Positions 17,330-25,893 of a stretch of 32,198 bases of DNA are shown here, piece after piece. Every line of letters begins with the position of its first letter. Position 1 is the first letter of the stretch. The notes under the pieces were generated by a model that saw only the letters and a list, made by a program, of their open reading frames with translations, ran no database searches and was not told the DNA's origin. The DNA is taken from assembly GCA_034004175.1 (NCBI GenBank), contig JAVEXH010000001.1, forward strand, positions 1 through 32,198, read 5' to 3'. The stretch is from Spirochaetia bacterium. GTDB lineage: Bacteria; Spirochaetota; Spirochaetia; Treponematales; UBA12059. The translations under genes and the position numbers were made by a program.

Positions 17330-17582
17330 TGCGGTGTTTTACGTGGCCGTTGGCATTGCCGTACTGGCCCTGCTGCTGTCCGGCATACGTTTTGCCCTCG
17401 GGCCCTGGGCTATCGACCGGACCGTTGCCCTGGATGCCATGACCATACTGGCAACCTCCCTGATAGTGGCCTTTGCGCTTCTGTCCGGCAGGCGGATCTA
17501 CATCGACGTAGCCATGGTCTATGGCTTGGTCGGCTTTGCCGGTGTGGTGGCGGTGGCCCGCTACCTGGAAGGAGGCTTGTGA
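17322..17582 (+). CDS. MrpF/PhaF-like subunit (MbxB position)
   Basis: 86 aa, 3 TM, typical MrpF length and pattern (LGPWAIDRTVALDAM...YIDVAMVYGLVGF). GTG start has GGAGG 6 nt upstream and overlaps the previous stop by 8 nt. Confidence 0.8.
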   Translation: MADAVFYVAVGIAVLALLLSGIRFALGPWAIDRTVALDAMTILATSLIVAFALLSGRRIYIDVAMVYGLVGFAGVVAVARYLEGGL

Positions 17583-17959
17583 TGCTTGCCGTCATCGGAG
17601 CCTTTGTCAGTCTGACCGGCGCGGTGTTCTTCCTGCTTGCGGCCATAGGCCTCTTGCGCATGCCTGATGCCCTCAACCGCATGCAGGCAGGCACCAAAGC
17701 CACTACCCTGGGATCGATCCTTTTCCTTTTCGGCATAGGCATGATGCAACCCGGTTATCTGGGCCGGGTATTCATTCTTGTGGTCTTCATAGTGCTTACC
17801 AACCCGGTCAGTTCCAACGCCCTTGCACGGGCCGCCCATGCCAACAGGAAGCGTATCGGTGCCAGCCTGTCGATCGACGCCCTGGCCGATGATGAAGCTG
17901 CCATAGCGGCTGAAGACAGGAAAGCCGGCGGAAACAAGGAGGCAGTCCATGGTGCTTGA
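17582..17959 (+). CDS. MrpG/MnhG-like subunit (MbxC position)
   Basis: MnhG signature LRMPDALNRMQAGTKATTLG. ATG 17582 lies 6 nt after GGAAGGAGG (TGATG overlap); GTG 17579 is an alternative. Confidence 0.8.
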   Translation: MLAVIGAFVSLTGAVFFLLAAIGLLRMPDALNRMQAGTKATTLGSILFLFGIGMMQPGYLGRVFILVVFIVLTNPVSSNALARAAHANRKRIGASLSIDALADDEAAIAAEDRKAGGNKEAVHGA

Positions 17960-18275
17960 TATCATGCTACTGTCCGCAGGAGCCATCATGGTCGCCGCAG
18001 GCATAGGCGCTGTCCTGGCGAGGAGCCTGCTCGTCTCCATCATATTGTCCGGCGGCGTAAGCCTGGTGGCCAGCCTGGTTTTCCTGCTCATCGGCGCTCC
18101 TGATGTAGCCATGACCGAGGCTGCAATCGGCTCGGGCCTGACCACCGTGGTCTTCCTGTATGCCCTGTCCCGGGCCAGGCAGGCCGATGACGAGGACTCC
18201 GATGCTGCCGAGATCGGTGCCTCGCCCGTAGTAGCTGAAACCGGGACAAACCAGGAACAGGGAGGCCGGACATGA
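17949..18275 (+). CDS. MbhD/DUF4040-like subunit (MrpA C-terminal-like; MbxD position)
   Basis: 108 aa, 3 TM, motif GAPDVAMTEAAIGSGLTTV characteristic of the MrpA-C/MbhD family. AAGGAGG SD. Confidence 0.75.
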   Translation: MVLDIMLLSAGAIMVAAGIGAVLARSLLVSIILSGGVSLVASLVFLLIGAPDVAMTEAAIGSGLTTVVFLYALSRARQADDEDSDAAEIGASPVVAETGTNQEQGGRT

Positions 18276-18970
18276 TGCGAAGATTCCTTGTTCTGGCTGT
18301 GATCATCGCCCTTGGTGTGGCGATGTGGCCTCTGGTGATGGGTGCCGGGGTTGTCGATGCACCTGCTGCCCTGCCTTCTGCCTACCTGGACGGCGCTCCG
18401 AAGGACTTCGGGGCGGCCAATGTGGTTACCGCCATTGTGGTCAGTTACCGCGGCTTTGATACCTTGGGAGAGGTGGCCGTGCTGTTCGCAGCTACCGCCG
18501 GTGTTGGTAGCCTGTTGTCGCGCAAGCGGCTTGGGACCGGCCTGCCGGCCAGCGGACGCAAGCACGGCACTGAGATCCTGGGAACCGCCAGCAGGCTGTT
18601 GTCCAGCCTCCTTGTCATGTTCGGTGTATACATCTTCATGCATGGACACCTGACCCCGGGCGGCGGTTTCCAGGGCGGTGTGGTCATAGCTACGGCCATG
18701 TTGCTGGCCTTGCTGTCCAACCCTGATTCCCACCTGGCCCACGGTGCCATGACCGCAGTTGAGTCGTTGTCCGGGGCGGCCTACGTAGCCCTGGCCTTGC
18801 TGGGAGCCTTCCTCGGGCTGGGCTTCCTGGATCCACGGATCCTTCCCCCGGGTTCCGTAGGTGCCCTGGTAAGTGCGGGAACCATTCCACTCATCTATTC
18901 TGTCATCGGGCTCAAGGTCGGCGCCGAGCTGTCCGGCATCCTGGATGCACTGAAAGGAGACAGGACATGA
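18272..18970 (+). CDS. MnhB/MrpB-domain subunit (MbxF position, with N-terminal MbhE-like helix)
   Basis: MnhB motifs NVVTAIVVSYRGFDTLGE and GHLTPGGGFQGG. ATGA-type overlap with the previous gene. GGAGG SD. Confidence 0.8.
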   Translation: MMRRFLVLAVIIALGVAMWPLVMGAGVVDAPAALPSAYLDGAPKDFGAANVVTAIVVSYRGFDTLGEVAVLFAATAGVGSLLSRKRLGTGLPASGRKHGTEILGTASRLLSSLLVMFGVYIFMHGHLTPGGGFQGGVVIATAMLLALLSNPDSHLAHGAMTAVESLSGAAYVALALLGAFLGLGFLDPRILPPGSVGALVSAGTIPLIYSVIGLKVGAELSGILDALKGDRT

Positions 18971-19338
18971 ACATGTTAGACTTCCTTGCCCAGCTGAACC
19001 CCGTTGCGGTTCCCGGTGCCATACTCATACTGGTGGGGCTGTGGGGCGTACTGGCCAGGCCCAACCTGTTCAAGATTGCCGTGGCCTTCTGCGTCCTTGA
19101 GACCGGTGTGAACATGCTGATCCTGTCCGTCGGGTACATCCGTGGCCGTACGGCACCCATCTACGATGCGGGTGCCCCGACCGCTGCGCGTATGACCGAT
19201 CCGGTGCCCCAGGCCCTGGTCCTGACTGCCATTGTCATCGGACTTGCGGTTACCGCCCTCATGCTCAGCTATGCAGTGCGCCTGCGCAGCGGCGGTGGCG
19301 CTTCTTCCATAGAAGCCTACGGAGAAGAAAAATGGTAA
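18967..19338 (+). CDS. MnhC/MrpC, NuoK-like subunit (MbxG position)
   Basis: 123 aa, 3 TM with an acidic residue in a TM (CVLETGVNMLIL), as in the NuoK/MrpC family. AAGGAG SD 7 nt upstream. Confidence 0.75.
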   Translation: MNMLDFLAQLNPVAVPGAILILVGLWGVLARPNLFKIAVAFCVLETGVNMLILSVGYIRGRTAPIYDAGAPTAARMTDPVPQALVLTAIVIGLAVTALMLSYAVRLRSGGGASSIEAYGEEKW

Positions 19339-22300
19339 ACCCCCTCTACTTCTTCGCCGCTTCCATGGCGGTAGCCTTCATCCTGCCCCTGGCTGACAAG
19401 CTTGGCAGACGGCTGTCCTTGTTCATACTGTATGCCGTAACGGCAGCCTGGGCAGCGGCTGGAGCCTCCTGGCTGCTGGCCCTGCTTCAGGATGGTTTCC
19501 AAAGTGCACTGCAGAGCGGCGCTGCCACCGACTTCGGTACTGCCGGCTTCGGCGCTCCCCTGGCCATTGTGCTCAGGGTAGGGCTGGTTGAGGCTGCAGC
19601 GGTACTGGCCATAGGTCTTGTAGGCCTGTTGTCCGCTGCCTTCATGCACCGCGACCTGCACAAGGCACCTCTGGGTGGCTCCATGGCCTTCATCATGGCA
19701 GTCATGGGCCTTGCAGGCATCGTCCTGACCAGGGACCTCTTAAACCTGTTCGTGTTCCTGGAAATCTCCGCCATTGCCACCTATGGACTCATAGGCTTTG
19801 ATGACCGCAGGCCTGCCCTGCGCTCGGCCTTCAAGTACATGATGGCCGGCGGCATTGCCAGCGCCCTGTACCTGATAGGCGTCATCTACGTGTACCGCTT
19901 CGGGGACACCCTGAACCTGGACATAGCCGCCGCCGCCTTGGCTGCAAGTGGCACCGCCGGCCTCGGCAGCGCCGCCGGTACGGTTGCCATCTTCTTCCTG
20001 CTGGCAGCCCTGCTGGTGGAGCTGAAGCCCTTCCCGGCCAATGGCTGGGGTATCGATGTCTACGAAACCGCCAATCCCGGTGTGGCTGCCCTGCTGTCCG
20101 GGGCCTCGGCTACCGCCCTGGTGGTGGCGCTCTGGAAGCTGCTGCCCATCCTGGGCACTGCCCACCTGGCCATAGTGGCAGGCAGCGGGCTGGCTACCTT
20201 TGCGGCTGCCAACCTGGCCGGTGCCCGCCAGAGCGGTACCAGGCGTATGCTTGGCTACTCCTCGGCCGCCCAGATAGGCCTCGTAACCGCAGTGGTGGCC
20301 CTGGTGAAGCTTTTGAACCTCGGCGACTCCGGCTTCATGCTGATGGTGGCCGGGGGTCTGACCCTGAACCACCTCCTGGCCAAGACCGGCCTCTTCCTGC
20401 TTTCCGGCATGTTGGGTGACGACGACAGCAAGGCTATCATGTCGCCCCTTACCCTGGCGGTGGCCGGCATGCTGGCCCTTGGCCTGGTAGGCCTGCCTCC
20501 CTTCTCCGGCTTCTGGGCCAAGTGGCAGTTGGTGCAGGCCCTGGCCTCCGGCGGGCATTTCTGGATCATCGTCATAGTACTGGGCGGAAGCCTGGTGGAA
20601 GCCTTCTATATATTCCGCTGGCTTGGCCGTCTTGCAAAAGCCAGGCAGGCTGCCGCTGATCCACTGGCTGCCAGTCTGGCCGATGCCGGCCTCCTGAGGG
20701 CTGGCCGGCAACTAGCCGGCCCGGCCCTGATGGCCGTGGCTCTGGCTGGCTTCGGTGTGCTGGCTGGCCTGGATGCGTTGGCTGGGTTGGAAGTGCTGAC
20801 TGGGGCCGGCGGGAATGCCGCTGTTGCCGGTCTTGCCGGATACCTCCTCTGGGCGCCTTACCTGGCCGTGGCGATGCTGTTCCTGGTGGACCGGGCTCCC
20901 GGCTGGTTCAAGGGGTTGTTGTCCCTCGCGGCGATTGCCGGTTTCGGCTGGCTGGCCTGGGACGGGCTGGATGCACTGCGGCAGTTCTTCGCGGTTATGC
21001 TGCTCGGGGGCGGGGCCATGTACGCTGTGGCTGCGCTCCGCAAGGGCGGAGCCAGACCGGGGCTGCATCCGCTGATGACCATGGTTACCCTGTCACTTGG
21101 TGCAGTGCTGGTGGCGCAGAGCCCTCTGGGCTTCTTCTTTGCCTGGGAAACGATGACGCTGTCCAGCTGGCTCCTGGTACTCCGGGGCCGCAGAGCCGAG
21201 AAGCCAGCCCTGGCCTACATAGTCTTTGGCCTCGGTGGTGCCTTCCTGTTGATGACCGGCCTGGCAGCTGGCGGGCTTGGGACAGCCGGACTCGGGATGG
21301 CCGGGATGGCTGCCGCAGGCAGTTCCGCAACCGCAGCCTGGCCCTTTGCGCTGGTGCTCGTAGGTATTCTGGTGAAGACCGGTGTGCTGGGCCTGCATGT
21401 GTGGCTGCCGGGCTCTTATGCCGAGGCAGACGACGAGGTGTCCGGCCTCCTGTCGGCTTCCCTGTCAAAAGCGGCGGTCTTTGCGCTCTTTGCCCTGGTT
21501 CTGGCCAATGGAGTACCTGGAGCCCTGGCTCTTGGTCCCTGGGCCTGGCGCGCCTTGGGCTGGGTAGGCCTTGTCACCGCCATGATAGGCGCCCTGTACG
21601 CCATCTACCAGGAAGACATCAAGCTTACCCTGGCCTGGTCTTCCATGGGACAGATAGGCTATGTGGTGCTGGCCTTTGCGGTGATGGACCACGCAGGCTG
21701 GACTACCGCACTGTACCTGGCCCTGAACCATTTCCTGTACAAGTCCATGCTGTTCCTGGCCATTGCCGGGGTCATCCAGCGGACGGGAACGCGCAACATG
21801 TACGAGATGGGCGGGCTCATCAAGAAGATGCCCCTGTCCTTCCTTACGGTGCTGATGGCCATCATCGCCCTGTCCGGTGTGCCGCCCCTCTCCGGCTTCG
21901 GAGCCAAGTGGCTGCTGTATTCCACCCTGATCAGCAAGGGCTGGTATCTTGAGGCTGCAGCTGCCTTCTTTGCCAGCGGTGTGGCCTTCCTGTACCTGTA
22001 TCGACTGATACACTCCATCTTCCTGGGCCAGCCCAAGTCGGAACACAAGGATATCCGGGAAGCTCCATTGGCCCTCATCCTGCCCCAGGTCGGCCTGATG
22101 GCCGTCCTGATGGCGGTGTCGGTCTTCCCGTCCCTTATGCTCAACCCGATACTGGCGATTGCCGGCAACAGCTTCGAGCCTATCTTCCGCTTCGCAGGTT
22201 CCGCCCTGCAGTCTCCCCTTGGCTACTGGAACGGCACCCTGACCATGGTGGTAACCGGCGTGGTCTTCGTCCTCTGCCTGGTGTGGATGATGGTCAACCT

Positions 22301-22583
22301 TCACAACCCGCAATCGGTGAAGCAGTTCAACATTGTGTTTGCAGCCGAGCGGCCCCTGAGGCCCAATACCACCCATTACGCCTGGGCCTTCTTCGAGCCA
22401 TACCGTGACGCACTGGGCTTTTTGACCAGATCCAGAGTCGAGCGCTTCTGGTCGACTTTTGGTACCGGTATCAACGGAATCGGAGGAGTCCTGCGAAGGC
22501 TGTACACGGGCAACGGCCAGACTTACGCACTCCACGTCGTCATCTATGTGGTGGCACTCTACTTTTTCATGGGGGCCTTCTGA
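19332..22583 (+). CDS. fusion of two antiporter-like (NuoN/MrpD-type + NuoL/M/HyfB-type) proton-pump modules (MbxH-MbxH' equivalent in one polypeptide)
   Basis: 1083 aa. Module 1 (~aa 1-455): LFVFLEISAIATYGLIGF, ELKPFPANGWGIDVYETANPGVAALLSG, PPFSGFWAKW. Module 2 (~aa 560-1083): WETMTLSSWLLV, LVKTGVLGLHVWLPGSY, WSSMGQIGYV, NHFLYKSMLFLAIAG, PPLSGFGAKW. No stop or frame change between them. Confidence 0.85.
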   Translation: MVNPLYFFAASMAVAFILPLADKLGRRLSLFILYAVTAAWAAAGASWLLALLQDGFQSALQSGAATDFGTAGFGAPLAIVLRVGLVEAAAVLAIGLVGLLSAAFMHRDLHKAPLGGSMAFIMAVMGLAGIVLTRDLLNLFVFLEISAIATYGLIGFDDRRPALRSAFKYMMAGGIASALYLIGVIYVYRFGDTLNLDIAAAALAASGTAGLGSAAGTVAIFFLLAALLVELKPFPANGWGIDVYETANPGVAALLSGASATALVVALWKLLPILGTAHLAIVAGSGLATFAAANLAGARQSGTRRMLGYSSAAQIGLVTAVVALVKLLNLGDSGFMLMVAGGLTLNHLLAKTGLFLLSGMLGDDDSKAIMSPLTLAVAGMLALGLVGLPPFSGFWAKWQLVQALASGGHFWIIVIVLGGSLVEAFYIFRWLGRLAKARQAAADPLAASLADAGLLRAGRQLAGPALMAVALAGFGVLAGLDALAGLEVLTGAGGNAAVAGLAGYLLWAPYLAVAMLFLVDRAPGWFKGLLSLAAIAGFGWLAWDGLDALRQFFAVMLLGGGAMYAVAALRKGGARPGLHPLMTMVTLSLGAVLVAQSPLGFFFAWETMTLSSWLLVLRGRRAEKPALAYIVFGLGGAFLLMTGLAAGGLGTAGLGMAGMAAAGSSATAAWPFALVLVGILVKTGVLGLHVWLPGSYAEADDEVSGLLSASLSKAAVFALFALVLANGVPGALALGPWAWRALGWVGLVTAMIGALYAIYQEDIKLTLAWSSMGQIGYVVLAFAVMDHAGWTTALYLALNHFLYKSMLFLAIAGVIQRTGTRNMYEMGGLIKKMPLSFLTVLMAIIALSGVPPLSGFGAKWLLYSTLISKGWYLEAAAAFFASGVAFLYLYRLIHSIFLGQPKSEHKDIREAPLALILPQVGLMAVLMAVSVFPSLMLNPILAIAGNSFEPIFRFAGSALQSPLGYWNGTLTMVVTGVVFVLCLVWMMVNLHNPQSVKQFNIVFAAERPLRPNTTHYAWAFFEPYRDALGFLTRSRVERFWSTFGTGINGIGGVLRRLYTGNGQTYALHVVIYVVALYFFMGAF

Positions 22584-23497
22584 TGGAAACTTCGATACTC
22601 GCCCGCATCGGCTATGCCCTGGTATCCCTGTTCGTCATAACCAACTACGGCCTGCTGCTCATAGGATCCATGGCGCGGATAAGTGCCAAGGTCCAGGGCC
22701 GTGTGGGCCAGCCGGTCTACCAGCCTTACCTGGACATCATCAAGAGCACGGCCAAACGCAACACCATAAGCCATGGCATCATGTTCTACCTGGGGCCTGT
22801 CTTCCGCCTGGCAGGCGGGGTAGGCACCTTCATGTTCATACCCATGGTGTACGGTTCGGTGCTGTTCCGGAACTTCAGCGATTCCGGTGACCTCCTGCTG
22901 GTGATGTACTTCATCTTCTTCGGCCAGCTTGGCATGGCCCTGGGAGCCAGTGAAGGCGGCCACCCCTACAGTGCCCTCGGCGTAAGCCGGGGCCTGGCCC
23001 AGATGACGGCCTTTGAAGTGCCCTTTGCCCTGTCGGTGATAGCGGTGGTCATACAGTACGGCACCCTGGATATTACCGCCATAGTTGGGGCCCAGCAGGG
23101 CGGGTTCATGAACTGGACCCTGTTTAACAACCCGGTGGCCGTGCTTGCCGCGATGATAGCCTTCCTGGGCATGTCGGGTCACAACCCTTTCAGTGTCGTC
23201 ATAGCACCCCAGGAAATACCCATAGGGCCGCCGACGGAATACCAGAGCAACCTCCTGGGCATGCTGCAGACCAACCGGGCCATCTTCAACGGCGCCAAGC
23301 TGGTTCTGTACATGAACCTCTTCTTCGGCGGTGGTACGAACATTGTCATTGTTGTGATAAAAACCTTCTTGATATATTTCGTGAATGTGTTCGTGGGGCA
23401 GGCCTTCCCACGGCTCCGGACCGACCAGTCGATCCGGTTCTTCCTCGGCGTGCCCACACTCATAGGCATTGCCGGCGTCATCATAGCTGTGCTGTAG
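22583..23497 (+). CDS. NuoH/HycD/MbhM-like membrane subunit
   Basis: 304 aa, ~8 TM. N-terminal pattern RISAKVQGRVGQPVYQPYLDIIK matches the R-x-A-x-Q-x-R-x-GP...QP-x-D-x-xK motif of the NuoH/HycD family. TGATG overlap with the preceding gene. Confidence 0.85.
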   Translation: METSILARIGYALVSLFVITNYGLLLIGSMARISAKVQGRVGQPVYQPYLDIIKSTAKRNTISHGIMFYLGPVFRLAGGVGTFMFIPMVYGSVLFRNFSDSGDLLLVMYFIFFGQLGMALGASEGGHPYSALGVSRGLAQMTAFEVPFALSVIAVVIQYGTLDITAIVGAQQGGFMNWTLFNNPVAVLAAMIAFLGMSGHNPFSVVIAPQEIPIGPPTEYQSNLLGMLQTNRAIFNGAKLVLYMNLFFGGGTNIVIVVIKTFLIYFVNVFVGQAFPRLRTDQSIRFFLGVPTLIGIAGVIIAVL

Positions 23498-23507
23498 GAG
23501 GCGCCTC

Positions 23508-24173
23508 GTGTCAGACAAACAAATCAAACCGGCGCCTTCGGCGACAACAAGAGCTGAATCCTTGACAACGCCGCTGGCCAACGAGGGCCTGCCGCCTGAA
23601 GAGCATGCGTACTTCTGCGATGTGCCGCCCCGGGAATACGAACCTGCCACCAAGGTGGTGGAGGATTTCTGGAACTGGGCCCGGGCCCAGAGCCTGTGGG
23701 TGCTGGGCTTCGGTACCGGCTGCGGCGCCGTGGAACTGCGGCCCCTGATGACCAGCCGCTTCGACATGTACCGCTATGGCATACAGCCGCGGCCAACGCC
23801 CAGACAGTCATCGGTCTTTGTCATCGGCGGCTACGCCTCGGTGAAGACCCTGAAGCGCATCGTCCGCAGCTACGAGCAGATGATGGGACCCAAGTTCGTG
23901 CTGGCCCTTGGCAGCTGCACCATCAACGGCGGCATGTACTGGGACAGCTACAACACCATCAAGCGCATAGACCAGTACATACCCGTGGATGTGTACATCG
24001 CGGGCTGCATGCCCAGGCCCGAGGCTCTGCTGGCAGGCTTCCAGGAGTTGAAGAAAATCATCCGGGCAGGCCAGGCAGACGGCCAGAACGAATACGCCCG
24101 GAACTTCGAATGGTACAAAGAGAACCAGAAGAAGGTCATCAAGGACTGGAACATGCCGGATTACAACTGGTAG
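23508..24173 (+). CDS. NuoB/HycG/MbhJ-like small subunit with incomplete Cys ligand set and an N-terminal extension
   Basis: Colinear by eye with E. coli NuoB: NWARAQSLWVLGFGTGCGAVE / TPRQSS / GSCTINGGMY / IPVDVYIAGCMPRPEA. GTG start has AGGAGG 6 nt upstream. Confidence 0.85.
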   Translation: MSDKQIKPAPSATTRAESLTTPLANEGLPPEEHAYFCDVPPREYEPATKVVEDFWNWARAQSLWVLGFGTGCGAVELRPLMTSRFDMYRYGIQPRPTPRQSSVFVIGGYASVKTLKRIVRSYEQMMGPKFVLALGSCTINGGMYWDSYNTIKRIDQYIPVDVYIAGCMPRPEALLAGFQELKKIIRAGQADGQNEYARNFEWYKENQKKVIKDWNMPDYNW

Positions 24174-24183
24174 GAGGCCGCAT

Positions 24184-24729
24184 ATGATCAAACTTGCTAC
24201 TGAACTGGCGGCCCGTTACGGCTCCCGGGGCTGGCGGAACCAGCGCCCGGATCTGGCCGTCGTGCAGATCGACCTTGCCAGGCTGCATGACGCCCTTGCC
24301 TGGCTCAGGGACAACGCGGGGTACACCCATCTGTCCTTCATGACCGCGATCGACAATATCGAACGCGGTGTCTTTACCCTGACCTACACCCTGCGTAACC
24401 ACGCCTGGAATGATGGCAAGGGCCACAGCCTGATGGTCCATGCCGATGTGGACCGCAGCAAGCCCGTGGTTGATTCCATCCACCGGCTCTGGGGCCAGGC
24501 CTGGACCTACCAGCGGGAGATGAAGGAATGGTTCGGCATCGACTTCCCCGGCAGCCCCAGGGTTGATGAGGAGTTCGTGCTGGAAGGCTGGCAGGGACCG
24601 CCCATGATGCGCCGCGATTTTGACAGCCTGGTCTACAGCGAAGCCACCTATACCGAGCGTCCCGGCCGGGTTACCCACGACCCCGAAACCTACATGAAAG
24701 AGAAGCTGTACCCGGAGGCCCAGGCATGA
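24184..24729 (+). CDS. NuoC/30-kDa/MbhK-like subunit
   Basis: 181 aa. C-terminal family motif WTYQREMKEWFGIDFPGSP (ERE-x-x-D-x-FGI-x-F-x-GHP type). AGGAGG SD. Confidence 0.8.
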   Translation: MIKLATELAARYGSRGWRNQRPDLAVVQIDLARLHDALAWLRDNAGYTHLSFMTAIDNIERGVFTLTYTLRNHAWNDGKGHSLMVHADVDRSKPVVDSIHRLWGQAWTYQREMKEWFGIDFPGSPRVDEEFVLEGWQGPPMMRRDFDSLVYSEATYTERPGRVTHDPETYMKEKLYPEAQA

Positions 24730-25889
24730 AAAAGCAAACTCAACACATTGTGCCTCCTGCCGAACGCGCTGACATTGACCTGGACTCAGGCAAGTACCTG
24801 GTTATGTGGCAGGGGCCCAACCACCCCGGCATAACCGGCAACATGTCCCTGCGGCTGGTAATTGAAGGAGACACCGTAGTCGACTGCGAGACCCACGTGG
24901 GCTACCTGCACCGGGGTTTCGAGAAGCTCATGGAACGACGGTTGTGGATGCAGAACTTCCCGCTGGTGTGCCGCATCGCGGTGCCCGAGCCTGACTTCAA
25001 CGAATACTGCTACGCTGCCGCGCTGGAGGAACTCGCTGGCGTGGAGGTTCCCGACAAGGCCATATGGCTGCGCACCCTGTCCCTGGAGATGATACGCCTG
25101 GCCAGCTTCCTGATGTGGATAGGCGGGCAGGCCGGCGCCTTCGGGCACGGCACCATTGGCCAGTGGACAGTAACCATGCGCGACTACGTGCTGGACCTCT
25201 TCGAGGAACTGACCGGCGGCCGCATCTACCACATGTATATCATACCCGGCGGTGTCCGTGGCGATGTGCCTCCCGGTTTCCTGAAGCATGTGCTACAGAC
25301 CATGGACATCATCCAGAAAAACCTGGATGACATTGAACTGGTAATGTTCCATAACGTGGTCTACAAGATGCGTGCCCAGGGCCTGGGCTACATACCGCCG
25401 GAATGGATCGACCAGTACGGCATCACCGGGCCCAATGCCAGGGCTGCAGGTGTCAATCGTGACCTGCGCAAAGACCTTGGCTATCTGGCCTATCCGCGGC
25501 TCGACTTCCAGCCCATAACCAGCACGGTCTCCGATGCCTACGAGCGGTCCAGGCTGCGTCTGCTGGAAACGCATCAGGCTATCGACCTGATACGCCAGAT
25601 AGTGGCCAACCTGCCGTCAGATGGCCCCTTCCGGGAGAAGCTGCCCAACCCCTTGTACTGGAAGATACCCGCCGGCGAGACCTATGTGGCAGCCGAATGC
25701 ACCCGGGGTGAGTACGGTTTCTATGTGGTTTCCGATGGCTCGGACAAGCCCCGGCGGGTCGCGGTGCGAGGACCCAGCTATACCCATGCGGTGTCTGTGA
25801 TGGAGCGCCTGGTGCGGGGCGTGAACATAGCAGACGTGGCCGGCCTGATGGTCAGCCTTCATACCTATCCGCCCGAAGTCGAGAGGTGA
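24726..25889 (+). CDS. NuoD/49-kDa/[NiFe]-hydrogenase-large-subunit-like protein lacking all Ni-Fe cysteine ligands
   Basis: 387 aa. Family motifs: GPNHPG, HVGYLHRGFEKLME, GGRIYHMYIIPGGVR, ECTRGEYGFYVVSDG, RVAVRGPSYTH. Ends ...SLHTYPPEVER. ATGA overlap with the NuoC-like gene. Confidence 0.85.
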   Translation: MKKQTQHIVPPAERADIDLDSGKYLVMWQGPNHPGITGNMSLRLVIEGDTVVDCETHVGYLHRGFEKLMERRLWMQNFPLVCRIAVPEPDFNEYCYAAALEELAGVEVPDKAIWLRTLSLEMIRLASFLMWIGGQAGAFGHGTIGQWTVTMRDYVLDLFEELTGGRIYHMYIIPGGVRGDVPPGFLKHVLQTMDIIQKNLDDIELVMFHNVVYKMRAQGLGYIPPEWIDQYGITGPNARAAGVNRDLRKDLGYLAYPRLDFQPITSTVSDAYERSRLRLLETHQAIDLIRQIVANLPSDGPFREKLPNPLYWKIPAGETYVAAECTRGEYGFYVVSDGSDKPRRVAVRGPSYTHAVSVMERLVRGVNIADVAGLMVSLHTYPPEVER

Positions 25890-25893
25890 GGCA

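Noticed and set aside
17561-23767. Series of long minus-strand ORFs (17561..18742, 19740..20711, 21465..22535, 22559..23767; 323-402 aa)
   Set aside because: All are antisense to the Mrp/Nuo-like genes. Their translations are dominated by G/R/H/P/Q/A runs with no recognisable domains or ribosome-binding sites. They are shadow frames of GC3-rich membrane-protein genes.
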